Part shown: one piece after another, positions 39,121 through 48,257 of the stretch
Numbering within the stretch: position 1 is the first letter of the stretch
How the letters are laid out: every line of letters begins with the position of its first letter
Source of the DNA: an uncultured Bacteroidales bacterium
GTDB taxonomy: Bacteria; Bacteroidota; Bacteroidia; Bacteroidales; UBA7960
Direction: 5' to 3'
Assembly: GCA_964624065.1 (NCBI GenBank)
Contig: CAZUWF010000002.1
Coordinates: forward strand, 68,261 to 132,260
DNA: 64,000 bases
Notes under the pieces: generated by a model
The model's database searches: none
Told to the model about the DNA's origin: nothing
The model's input: the letters and a program-made list of their open reading frames with translations, nothing else
Program-made: the position numbers and the translations under genes

Positions 39121-40374
39121 TTAATCTCTTTTCAAATCCAAATCTATTATTTTTTTGGCCAATGATAATGCAGCCACCGTTGCCCTGACAATGTTTGTTT
39201 CGCGATTGTCGCCGAGTTGGAGCAGTTTTGATTCAACGCCGGTTGGCGATGCCACGGCAACCCAAGTGGTACCCACTGGTTTAGTGGGCGTTCCCCCATC
39301 GGGTCCGGCAATTCCGCTGGTGGCAACGCAGTAATCGCTTTCGGAAACCTTGCGACCATTTCGTGCCATTGCCTCCACCACCTCCTTGCTAACAGCACCT
39401 TGATTGTAAATAAGGGAACTTTTTACTCCCAGCAGGTGAGTCTTAAGATGGTTGGAGTAAGCTATAATCCCGCCCTTAAAATACCTGCTGCTGCCAGCAA
39501 CGCTTGTAATTTTATGGGCCACGTATCCTCCCGTGCAGCTCTCAGCGGTGCTGATTGTTCTACCTTGCACAACCAGCTGTTGGCCTATTAAACCTTCCAG
39601 GGTGTCGTTATCGTATCCCCAAACCAATTCAGGAATTAGTGCAATGAGCTTTTTTTCAAGGTTCAACATTTCCTCCTCGAGGTTTGCTACTTCAGTTGCC
39701 ACAGCCGAAAGTCTAAGCTTCACGATTCCTGGCGATGGGAGGTAGGCAAGCGAAACGTAAGGTGGCAGGTTGTTTTCCCAGTCGGAGATTTTGGCAGCCA
39801 AAAAGGATTCGCCCATACCCTCTGTAAGTATTGTCCGATGAATAATTGGGCTTACACCAATTTTTTCTTTCAAAAGAGGAATTACCGACCCATACATTAG
39901 GTTCTTCATCTCGTAAGGTACGCCTGGAAGTGCAATGCATACCTTACCTTCCTTTTCGAGCCACAAACCGGGAGCAGTACCAATGTAGTTACGAAGAACC
40001 CTTGCTGTTTTTGGCACCAAGGCTTGCTTGCGGTTTAGGTCGGTAATTGGCAGACCACGCTTGCTAAAAAGTGCGGCAACATCTTGCAGCACTTCATCGT
40101 CTTGGATTAATTCCGTTTCAAAATATTGGCATAATGCATTTTTTGTCACATCGTCGCGGGTTGGGCCAAGTCCTCCCGTTATCAAAACGTAGCTGGTTCT
40201 GGTAAGAGACTCAACGATAGTTTGGCGAATAATTTCTTCCGAGTCTGGTATGGTTATGGTTCTGGATACCCAAACGCCAATGCTCCCTAATTGCTGAGAA
40301 ATCCAAGCGGCATTGGTGTTGATGGTTTGGCCAATCAAAAGCTCCTGGCCTATTGTGATTAATTCTAGATTCAT
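39121..40374 (-). CDS. cinA: CinA-like protein: N-terminal MoCF-biosynthesis-type domain + C-terminal nicotinamide-nucleotide amidohydrolase (PncC)
   Basis: MNLELITIGQELLIGQTINTNAAW...ITGGLGPTRDDVT and C-terminal AESCTGG. The ATG is at 40374. Confidence 0.9.
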   Translation of the reverse strand: MNLELITIGQELLIGQTINTNAAWISQQLGSIGVWVSRTITIPDSEEIIRQTIVESLTRTSYVLITGGLGPTRDDVTKNALCQYFETELIQDDEVLQDVAALFSKRGLPITDLNRKQALVPKTARVLRNYIGTAPGLWLEKEGKVCIALPGVPYEMKNLMYGSVIPLLKEKIGVSPIIHRTILTEGMGESFLAAKISDWENNLPPYVSLAYLPSPGIVKLRLSAVATEVANLEEEMLNLEKKLIALIPELVWGYDNDTLEGLIGQQLVVQGRTISTAESCTGGYVAHKITSVAGSSRYFKGGIIAYSNHLKTHLLGVKSSLIYNQGAVSKEVVEAMARNGRKVSESDYCVATSGIAGPDGGTPTKPVGTTWVAVASPTGVESKLLQLGDNRETNIVRATVAALSLAKKIIDLDLKRD

Positions 40375-40419
40375 TATTATGCTTTTGCACGAAATTAGCA
40401 AAAATTGCCTTTTTTTCGC

Positions 40420-40427
40420 TAAATTTG
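40420..40427 (+). promoter_or_regulatory. Candidate -7 box (TAAATTTG) for the nucleoside phosphorylase gene
   Basis: Matches TAnnTTTG 54 nt upstream of ATG 40481. Confidence 0.4.
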
Positions 40428-40480
40428 TCGGTAATAATAAACCATAGCAAGAAACCGTTTCTCGAAAAAAAAATACTGAA

Positions 40481-41350
40481 ATGAGATATTACAAGGAATC
40501 GGAACTAATTATAACCAAGCAAGGCCGCATATACCACCTTGATCTTGGCCCCGACGATATCGCCGAAAATATTATTCTGGTTGGAGACCAGCATAGGGTG
40601 CCAATAGTTTCTAAATATTTTGACAGGGTTGAGGTTGTCAGGCAAGCCCGCGAGTTCATTACCCATACCGGTGAGCTGAATGGGAAGCGGATTTCGGTGG
40701 TTTCAACCGGAATAGGAACCGATAACATTGACATAGTGCTCAACGAGCTCGATGCGGTGGTAAACATTGACCTTGAAAAGAGGGTTGACAAAGAAAAACG
40801 GACCTCCCTAAACTTGGTTCGATTGGGTACCAGCGGCGCCTTGCAGCCCGACATTGAGGTTGATTCAATGGTCGCATCGGCTTACGGATTGGGTTTTGAT
40901 GGGGTTTTGAATTTCTACCGGTTTGACGAAGATAGAGTTTCGGAAAAAGACCTTTCCAAAGCTTTTATGGAATTTACCAAGTGGAACCAGAAATTGCCAT
41001 ACCCTTACGTGGTCAAAGGTTCTGAATTGCTAATGCAAAAACTTGCATTCGACCTTAAATCGGGCATTACTGCCACCGCCAGTGGTTTTTACGGTCCCCA
41101 GGGAAGGCAGCTCCGCATTCCCTTAGCACACCCCGAGCTCAACGAACAAATAGAATCTTTCAGCTTTAATGGAAACAGGATTACCAATTTCGAAATGGAG
41201 ACCTCAGCCCTTTATGGATTGGGTAAGATTCTGGGACACAACACACTAACCATTTGTACCATAATAGCCAACAGGGTTGCCAAAACCTTCAGCAATGATT
41301 ACAAGTTGGCCGTTGAAAATATGGTAAGAACCGTACTCGAAAGAATTTGA
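40481..41350 (+). CDS. PNP_UDP_1 family nucleoside phosphorylase (uridine/purine nucleoside phosphorylase-like)
   Basis: VGDQHRV, STGIGTDNIDIV, RLGTSGAL and FEMETSALY are typical of the family. Confidence 0.8.
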   Translation: MRYYKESELIITKQGRIYHLDLGPDDIAENIILVGDQHRVPIVSKYFDRVEVVRQAREFITHTGELNGKRISVVSTGIGTDNIDIVLNELDAVVNIDLEKRVDKEKRTSLNLVRLGTSGALQPDIEVDSMVASAYGLGFDGVLNFYRFDEDRVSEKDLSKAFMEFTKWNQKLPYPYVVKGSELLMQKLAFDLKSGITATASGFYGPQGRQLRIPLAHPELNEQIESFSFNGNRITNFEMETSALYGLGKILGHNTLTICTIIANRVAKTFSNDYKLAVENMVRTVLERI

Positions 41351-41625
41351 TGGGAATAGGATTGGAAGATGCGATGATTTGGTAGGGTAATGGATGGTTG
41401 GTGCCGCAATGGGCCTGTTGTGTGAGTTAACAAATAGTTTTTTGCAAGGTTATGGAGTTTAAATAGTTTTGGAGTTTACGGGTGGGTGTAAATAAACGAA
41501 TTGATTAGTAAGCATTTAGCTGTCCAAGGTTTTAATTTTCTGGATTTCATCAACAATTAGCCATTAACAATTCACCAAAAAGATTAGCTCCAATCTTTCA
41601 AACCTTTTGCTTCAACTTTTTTTAA

Positions 41626-42510
41626 ATGATTTCCAACTCAAGCATAAAGGAAATTGAAGCCTTGGTCAGGCTAATTGACGACCCTGATGGCACTGTTTAT
41701 AAGAGTGTAAGGGGGCGATTGCAGGATATTGGATATGATGCGGTTCCCTATTTGAACGATGCCCGCCATTTTTTTCCCGACCCTTTCGTGCAGGGTAGAA
41801 TTGACAGTGTTTTAAGGAGTATTAACCTCCAGGAGGTAAAAAAGAGACTCGTTGGCGATTTTGAACGGGGCTGTTACGACTTGCTTTCTTCGTGGATTAC
41901 CCTTTCGAGCCTAATATGTCCCGACATAGACGAAGACAAGATTAGGGTTGACCTGGCTCGAATAAGGAGCGATATTTGGGTGGAGCTTAACGACAACCTC
42001 ACCGCCCTGGAGCAGATGAAGGTATTTAACAGGATCTTCTTCGAGACCCACGGTTTTGCTGGAGATAGCGAAAATTACCACCTTGCCCATAACTCCTTTG
42101 TCCACAAGGTTCTTGAAAGCAGGAAAGGCAATCCGCTATCCTTGAGCATGGTTTACCTTATTGTGGCCCAAGCTCTTGATATGCCAGTCTTTGGCGTGAA
42201 CCTACCAGAGCATTTCGTGCTTGCCTACACTGGCAGGGCCTTCGATCCGGTAACACTTAAAATGAAAGACAACAAAGTGTTGTTTTACATTAATCCTTTT
42301 GGCCGAGGCCAGTTTTTTTCAACCCAGGGTGTGGAAAAGTTCATTAAGCAGCTAAAGATTGAATCGTCGCCCAAATTCTTCAACCCTTGCGACAATCGCA
42401 CTATGATTATGAGGGTAATTAATAACCTTGTGGTTGCATATTCCCTTTCTGGCGAGGTCGAAAACCAAACCGATATGGAAGCTTTAAGGGATGCTTTGGA
42501 GAAAGTTTAA
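41626..42510 (+). CDS. SirB1-like / transglutaminase-like (UPF0162) family protein
   Basis: GNPLSLSMVYLIVAQALDMPVFGVNLPEHFVLAY resembles the Transglut_core2 region of SirB1-type proteins. This assignment is from memory of the family pattern. Confidence 0.6.
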   Translation: MISNSSIKEIEALVRLIDDPDGTVYKSVRGRLQDIGYDAVPYLNDARHFFPDPFVQGRIDSVLRSINLQEVKKRLVGDFERGCYDLLSSWITLSSLICPDIDEDKIRVDLARIRSDIWVELNDNLTALEQMKVFNRIFFETHGFAGDSENYHLAHNSFVHKVLESRKGNPLSLSMVYLIVAQALDMPVFGVNLPEHFVLAYTGRAFDPVTLKMKDNKVLFYINPFGRGQFFSTQGVEKFIKQLKIESSPKFFNPCDNRTMIMRVINNLVVAYSLSGEVENQTDMEALRDALEKV

Positions 42511-42644
42511 AGGTTTTGGAGGTAAATGCGTGTAAGTTTTGGAATTTAGGGTCATATCTAATCAATTGACCTCAAATTTGTGTCTACAGCCTACATTTTA
42601 CATTAATGGTTACTGCTCGCCGATTTCTGATTCCTGGCTACCTG

Positions 42645-43838
42645 CTACACTCGCTCCAAAGCGATAGAAATACCTTGTCCCACACCAATACACATCGTGC
42701 AAAGTGCCCTCCTTTTGCTTGTGGCTAAAAGTTGATGGTAGGCCGTTGTCACAAGCCTTGCCCCACTCATACCCAAAGGGTGACCAAGGGCTATTGCACC
42801 GCCTAGCGGATTTATTCTTGGGTCGTTGTCGTGGAGCCCAAGTTGTCGGGTGCAGCCCAGCACTTGAGCTGCAAATGCCTCGTTTATCTCGATTATATCG
42901 AAATCGTCTAAGGTCAGTTTCAGTAACTTGAGTAGTTTTTTGGTTGCCGGTACAGGCCCCAGTCCCATTGTGCGGGGTGCTACCCCTGCAGTTGCCATCG
43001 CAAGGATTCGAACCTTGGGCCTCAATCCAAACCGCCTTACCGCCTCTTCTGAAGCCACAAATAGCGCGGCAGCACCATCGTTAATTCCAGAAGCATTACC
43101 TGCCGTGATGGTCTTGGTTAGGGGTTTAAGGGCGGCAAGCTTTTCTAATGATGAAAGCCTGGGGTGCTCGTCCAAATTGACTAAAACAGGGTCACCTTGG
43201 CGCTGGGGAAAGGATACAGCTAACATTTCGCTTTCAAAACTTCCGATGTCCTGAGCCAGTTTGGTTTTCTCTTGGCTCCATTGGGCAAACTTGTCTTGGT
43301 CTTCCCTGCTAATGCTCATCTCCTGTGCTATGTTTTCGGCGGTTTCCATCATACTCTCGGTTCCGTAAAGTTTGTCCAAGTTTTTGTTGACGAACCTCCA
43401 GCCAAGTGTTGTGTCGTATAGTTTCACATCTCGCGAAAAAGCTGTGGTGGCCTTGTCCATAACAAATGGAGCCCTCGACATGCTCTCAACACCCCCGGCG
43501 ACCAATAGATCGGCTTCCCCGGCCTTGATTGCCCTTGCAGCTGTGCCAATAGCATCCATTCCTGAGCCACATAAACGGTTTATGGTTGCGCCTGGTATAG
43601 ATTCGGGAAGTCCAGATAGCAGCGAAGCCATACGAGCAATGTTGCGATTGTCCTCGCCTGCCTGGTTTGCACAACCCATAATCACATCGTCAATTGATAG
43701 TGGGTCAATGCCAGGATTTCTTGCTACCAGGGCATTAATTACATGGGCAGCCAGATCATCGGGCCTGACCTCTGCCAGTTTACCGCCATAGCGGCCGATT
43801 GGGGTACGCAACGCGTCAATAATGTAAACGGGGTTCAT
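42645..43838 (-). CDS. Thiolase (acetyl-CoA C-acyl/acetyltransferase)
   Basis: 397 aa. NRLCGSGMDAI (nucleophilic Cys), NEAFAAQVL, GHPLGMSGARL and CIGVGQGIS. Confidence 0.92.
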   Translation of the reverse strand: MNPVYIIDALRTPIGRYGGKLAEVRPDDLAAHVINALVARNPGIDPLSIDDVIMGCANQAGEDNRNIARMASLLSGLPESIPGATINRLCGSGMDAIGTAARAIKAGEADLLVAGGVESMSRAPFVMDKATTAFSRDVKLYDTTLGWRFVNKNLDKLYGTESMMETAENIAQEMSISREDQDKFAQWSQEKTKLAQDIGSFESEMLAVSFPQRQGDPVLVNLDEHPRLSSLEKLAALKPLTKTITAGNASGINDGAAALFVASEEAVRRFGLRPKVRILAMATAGVAPRTMGLGPVPATKKLLKLLKLTLDDFDIIEINEAFAAQVLGCTRQLGLHDNDPRINPLGGAIALGHPLGMSGARLVTTAYHQLLATSKRRALCTMCIGVGQGISIALERV

Positions 43839-43846
43839 AACGTTGT

Positions 43847-45175
43847 TTATTTTTGAATTTCCTCAATCCTAGGTTTGAAAACCTTGAAGGCTTTGAACAC
43901 ACCGTGCACCAGATGATCAATTTCTTTTTGTGTCATCACGGTTGAAAACATACATGCAAAAGTATTTATCATCATTATTTTTTCCTCGTGGTAAAGGTAG
44001 TCAAGAACATCATTTACGAGGGTTGCTGCATCTTGCTTTTGGTAGGCCTCACGATAGGTGGTTGGCGGGGTTGGTCTGAAGTGGAATCTGAACATAGAGC
44101 CAGCACCTGTTATCGAAACTTGCACATCGGCCGCCCTAATGGCTTCTTCAAGTTGACCGATGGCGGTTTGGGTTAAACTGTTAAGGTCTTCAACTGCTTT
44201 TTGGTCAAACAACTCCATAGCAACCCTACCTGCAGTGGTGGTAATTGGATTTGCCGAAAATGTTCCGGAAAACGGAAATAGGAGCTTGCTCTCACCAGGG
44301 TCTAGCACTTTCATAATTTCGGCTTTCCCGCCAAAAGCACCCACCGGAAAACCTCCACCGATTATCTTGCCCATCGCTGTCATATCAGGCATTACCGAGT
44401 ATCTTTCTTGGGCACCTCCGTATCCAACCCTCAAGGTAACAACCTCATCGAACAGCAACAATGCCCCATTTTTCTCTGTCCATGCTTTCAGGGCTTCCAC
44501 AAAGTCATTGGTAGCGGGTAGTAGGCCTACCCTATGTGGTACTGGGTCAATGAGCACTGCGGCAATTTTGTCTGCCTGCCTGTCAAGTATGGTCAGGGTG
44601 CGTTCAATGTCGTTATAGGGAAATATAATCACATCGTCCAAGACCCCTTGCGGGGTGGCAAAAGAGAGCGGAACGCTGTTGGGGCTATCTATACTTCCCC
44701 AATTTGCGGGGCTTGAAGTTTGGCTAATTTCAGCAAAGTCGTAAGTTCCGTGGTATGCCCCTTCGGCCTTTGCAATTTTCGGACGGCCGGTGAATGCCCT
44801 TGCAGCTTTAATCATTGCCATAACGGCTTCGGTACCCGAATTGGTAAAGCGAAGCTTATCAACACTTTTAACCCTGCCACACAGTTGCTGTGCATGTGCA
44901 ACCTCAGCCTCGGTGGCCATGGTGTAAGCCGTGCCGCGGGCAACTTGCTCGATTACCGCCTCAACAATTGCTGGGTGGGCGTGACCGTGAATGAGCGATG
45001 CCATATTGTTGGCAAAGTCAGCCCTTTTAATGCCATCAATGTCGGTAACGTAGCTTCCCGAGGCGTGGGCAGCGTAAAAGGGGTGAGGTTTGTGGTAAAT
45101 CGTGTTGCGACTAACGCCGCCGGCAATAACCTTGCAGGCCTCTGCGTAAATTTCTGGTGCGGTTTTTAGGGCCAT
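43847..45175 (-). CDS. Class III (GSAM-like) PLP aminotransferase, candidate beta-amino acid / beta-aminoacyl-CoA transaminase
   Basis: GGVSRN, FTNSGTEAVMAMIKAAR, FDEVVT and MGKIIGGGFPVGAFGG (PLP lysine) give overall glutamate-1-semialdehyde aminomutase-like architecture. The gene sits between the CoA-transferase and thiolase genes. Confidence 0.85.
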   Translation of the reverse strand: MALKTAPEIYAEACKVIAGGVSRNTIYHKPHPFYAAHASGSYVTDIDGIKRADFANNMASLIHGHAHPAIVEAVIEQVARGTAYTMATEAEVAHAQQLCGRVKSVDKLRFTNSGTEAVMAMIKAARAFTGRPKIAKAEGAYHGTYDFAEISQTSSPANWGSIDSPNSVPLSFATPQGVLDDVIIFPYNDIERTLTILDRQADKIAAVLIDPVPHRVGLLPATNDFVEALKAWTEKNGALLLFDEVVTLRVGYGGAQERYSVMPDMTAMGKIIGGGFPVGAFGGKAEIMKVLDPGESKLLFPFSGTFSANPITTTAGRVAMELFDQKAVEDLNSLTQTAIGQLEEAIRAADVQVSITGAGSMFRFHFRPTPPTTYREAYQKQDAATLVNDVLDYLYHEEKIMMINTFACMFSTVMTQKEIDHLVHGVFKAFKVFKPRIEEIQK

Positions 45176-45253
45176 TGTAATGTGATGGTTTCGTTTGAAT
45201 TTATTCCAATTGATCGGCTACCGGTTTCGTGATTTGGCGGGTGGGGTTGGAGT

Positions 45254-45907
45254 TTAGTTCATCAAGCTCAATTTCGGTTCCGTGCGATCTTGCAGGTACT
45301 CCAAGGTAACTCCCGGAGCCATTTCTTTTACCACAAGTCCTTCGGATGTAATGTCAATTACCGCCAAATCTGAATAAATTCTGCTAACGACGCCCTTTCC
45401 CGTCAAGGGGTATGAGCATTGGTTTACAATTTTGGGTTCTTCGGTTTTTGTGGTATGTTGGGTCATCACAAATATTGTCTTGACACCTTGCACCAAGTCC
45501 ATAGCCCCACCAACGGCGGGTATTGCGTTGGGAGCGCCCGTTGACCAGTTTGCAATGTCGCCTTGGGCCGATACTTGAAACGCCCCTAAAACGCAGATGT
45601 CAATGTGGCCTCCTCTAACCATGGCAAAACTGTCGGCGTGGTGAAAGAAACTTGCCCCTTTAATTGCTGTTATCGGTTTTTTGCCAGCGTTTATAAGTTC
45701 ATCGTTCTCAAGGCCGGGTAGGGGAGAGGGACCAATTCCCAATAACCCGTTTTCGGTGTGGAAAATTACCTCCCTACCCTCGGGAATGTGGTTTGCCACT
45801 AGCTCCGGCATTCCTATACCCAGGTTTACGTATGCTCCATCGGGAATGTCTTTGGCTATTTTTGCAGCCATTTCATCCCGGGTCCATTTTCTTATCTCGG
45901 TGCTCAT
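45254..45907 (-). CDS. 3-oxoacid CoA-transferase subunit B
   Basis: 217 aa. HTENGLLG contains the catalytic Glu (ENG motif). It overlaps subunit A by 4 nt. Confidence 0.92.
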   Translation of the reverse strand: MSTEIRKWTRDEMAAKIAKDIPDGAYVNLGIGMPELVANHIPEGREVIFHTENGLLGIGPSPLPGLENDELINAGKKPITAIKGASFFHHADSFAMVRGGHIDICVLGAFQVSAQGDIANWSTGAPNAIPAVGGAMDLVQGVKTIFVMTQHTTKTEEPKIVNQCSYPLTGKGVVSRIYSDLAVIDITSEGLVVKEMAPGVTLEYLQDRTEPKLSLMN

Positions 45908-46614
45908 GGATACCTCCTTTGTTCTTTTAGAAGTTGATTCTCGCTAACAGGGTTGGGAACGTGAACTACTTTCTTGACGAAAATACCCGGTGTTACAACT
46001 ATTTCGGGGTCAATTTGTCCGGGCTCCACTATTTCGGAAGCCTGAACAATTGCCGACTTGGCACCCATACACATTACGGGTCCGAAGTTTCTGGCAGTCT
46101 TGTTGAAGAGTAGATTGCCATACCTGTCGGCGGTTTTGCATTTTACCAGCGAAAAATCTGCCTTTATGCCATATTCCATCACGTATGGCTTACCGTTAAA
46201 CTCGCGAATAGGTTTGCCTTCGGCCAATGGAGTGTTAACCGATGTAGGTGTGAAGAATGCTGGAATTCCGGCACCACCCGCTCTAATTCGCTCTGCGAGG
46301 GTTCCTTGGGGAACAAGTTCGAGTTCAATCTCGCCCTTGACGTACAATTCGGGAAATACCACTGAATCGGCGGTTCGCGGAAAGGAGCAAATCATTTTTT
46401 TTACTTGCCTGTTGGCAATTAACGCGGCCAGTCCAACGTATCCGTTGCCTGTGTTGTTACTAACCACCGTTAGATTCTTTGCCCCGTGGTCAATGAGGGC
46501 GTGGATTAATTCTATGGGGCTTCCTGCCTCGCCAAAGCCGCTTATCATTACGGTGGCTCCGTCAAATATTCCTGATACTGCTTCGTGAGGCGAACCTACA
46601 ATCTTGTTTATCAT
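45904..46614 (-). CDS. 3-oxoacid CoA-transferase subunit A
   Basis: 236 aa. GATVMISGFGEAGSPIELIHAL and ELELVPQGTLAERIRAGGAGIPAFFT are typical of ScoA/AtoD. Confidence 0.92.
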   Translation of the reverse strand: MINKIVGSPHEAVSGIFDGATVMISGFGEAGSPIELIHALIDHGAKNLTVVSNNTGNGYVGLAALIANRQVKKMICSFPRTADSVVFPELYVKGEIELELVPQGTLAERIRAGGAGIPAFFTPTSVNTPLAEGKPIREFNGKPYVMEYGIKADFSLVKCKTADRYGNLLFNKTARNFGPVMCMGAKSAIVQASEIVEPGQIDPEIVVTPGIFVKKVVHVPNPVSENQLLKEQRRYP

Positions 46615-46631
46615 GAATGAATTATTCTGGG

Positions 46632-48188
46632 TTACTTTTTCTTACGACCTTCTTTTATGGATTCTTCCAGTTTGTTTTCAATGCGGGCAAGCTCCTCCTC
46701 GTAAAAATGACTGTCGTTTTTGTAGGGTTTTAGGTTTACGATGGTATTTTCCTTTTCATCGTAATGGGCGAGGTAAACCTTGTCCATCCACTCCATATTT
46801 CGACCTTCGTTAAACTTAAGGGCAAATAGTTTCTCTCCCGGCAAGTCAACCGTACCTAATAAGGAAATCTTACCAGCCGATGAAGTTTGGGTAATGTACC
46901 TCGAGGGGCGGCTCAAAGAAGGCAGCTCTCGGTAAATCTTGCTGAAAATCTTGTCTATCTCGGCTACTGGCTGGTTAAAGTAGTGAAACTCTCCCGTGGG
47001 CCTGGCAAGGTACATCGAGTGGAATCCAACACCAAGCATCGAAAGAACATTGCCCAAATCAATCCAGTTTTGTGCCGATCTATCAACATCAACCTCGCCA
47101 TTTTCTTTGGTGAAAAGGCTAATGTGGTTCATCACGGGGCTTTGACTCTTTATGGTAACTCCGTGTGCTTTGAGCCTCCTAATGGCTGCAATGGTACTCA
47201 GGTTTAGAACTTCGCGCGGGGTTGAAAAATGCGACATGAAAGCCAGTTGTATACCGTTGTCATACAGCTTTTTAAAAAGCTTGAGCATTGGGTCAAATTC
47301 GGGTGTGATAACATATTCTGGATGGAATGTCAACACTCTTGTTCCCAACCTGATAGTTTTTATGTGGTTTAGGTCTTTTCGTTCTATTATGGGGTTAATG
47401 TACTCTGCAAATCGCTCAGGTTTCAAGTAACCTGCGTCACCTCCCGTAATAAGTAAATCGGTTACTTCCTTGTGGTCTTTAAGGTATTCGTGAATTTGGT
47501 TAACGTCTTTTTGCAAGAACATATCATCATCGCCGCGTACCTGTGCATGTCTGAAACAGTAGTTGCAAAAGGCAAAGCAATTCTGGGTTTGAACGTCGAA
47601 AACAAGCTTGCATTGAGGGTACTTGTGCTGGCTACCTTCTACAACTTCAACCTCCCCGTCTTCGTTAATAAACGTTGGTTTGTTAAGCTGCTGCTTGCCA
47701 TCGTGCGGATTGGTTTCCTTGATGTAATCCTTCACAATCTGGTCTTTTTCCTCTTCGGTTTTTGCCGCAAGGTAAGCCTTTGTAACATCCTGCCTTATCA
47801 TTCCTGGTTGCGGAAAAACAAGTTGAAAAACCGAGTCCTTTTCAAACTTTGCCCACTTGATGGTGTTGAGAACGTGCTTGGTGGCCATAAACCTGTAAAC
47901 CTTGATGAAGAGTTCACGTTCTTGGTGGTGACCAATGTCGAAACCATTTTCTTCGAGGATTTTCACGATTTCTCTGTAACCTTTAAGACCACTGTATTTG
48001 GGCTTGTCGGTAAAGTGGAATACCTCCTCTTCGGCAATACCTGAATGCTGTGGATAGGCTGCCTGCAATCGATTCAAAACGCCTACCGGAAGAAGGTTCT
48101 CCTTTTCAATTATTTCCCTGGTTTCGGAACTGTAGTTGTACCGGTCAATCAGTGCTTGGCACTTTTGTGGTGAGATGATTTGATTCAT
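46632..48188 (-). CDS. KamA-family radical SAM / PLP 2,3-aminomutase homologue (atypical, long form)
   Basis: CFAFCNYC (CxxxCxxC cluster), LITGGDA and SSAGK (candidate PLP lysine). Collinear by eye with lysine 2,3-aminomutase but with a longer N-terminus and an internal insertion. ATG 48188 is preferred over the track TTG at 48260 because a -7 box sits at 48258-48265. Confidence 0.85.
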   Translation of the reverse strand: MNQIISPQKCQALIDRYNYSSETREIIEKENLLPVGVLNRLQAAYPQHSGIAEEEVFHFTDKPKYSGLKGYREIVKILEENGFDIGHHQERELFIKVYRFMATKHVLNTIKWAKFEKDSVFQLVFPQPGMIRQDVTKAYLAAKTEEEKDQIVKDYIKETNPHDGKQQLNKPTFINEDGEVEVVEGSQHKYPQCKLVFDVQTQNCFAFCNYCFRHAQVRGDDDMFLQKDVNQIHEYLKDHKEVTDLLITGGDAGYLKPERFAEYINPIIERKDLNHIKTIRLGTRVLTFHPEYVITPEFDPMLKLFKKLYDNGIQLAFMSHFSTPREVLNLSTIAAIRRLKAHGVTIKSQSPVMNHISLFTKENGEVDVDRSAQNWIDLGNVLSMLGVGFHSMYLARPTGEFHYFNQPVAEIDKIFSKIYRELPSLSRPSRYITQTSSAGKISLLGTVDLPGEKLFALKFNEGRNMEWMDKVYLAHYDEKENTIVNLKPYKNDSHFYEEELARIENKLEESIKEGRKKK

Positions 48189-48257
48189 TAATTTGATGTA
48201 TTTTGGGATTCGATAATAGTCGGCAGGCAACAGTTTTGGGGTATTCGAAAACTGCCG

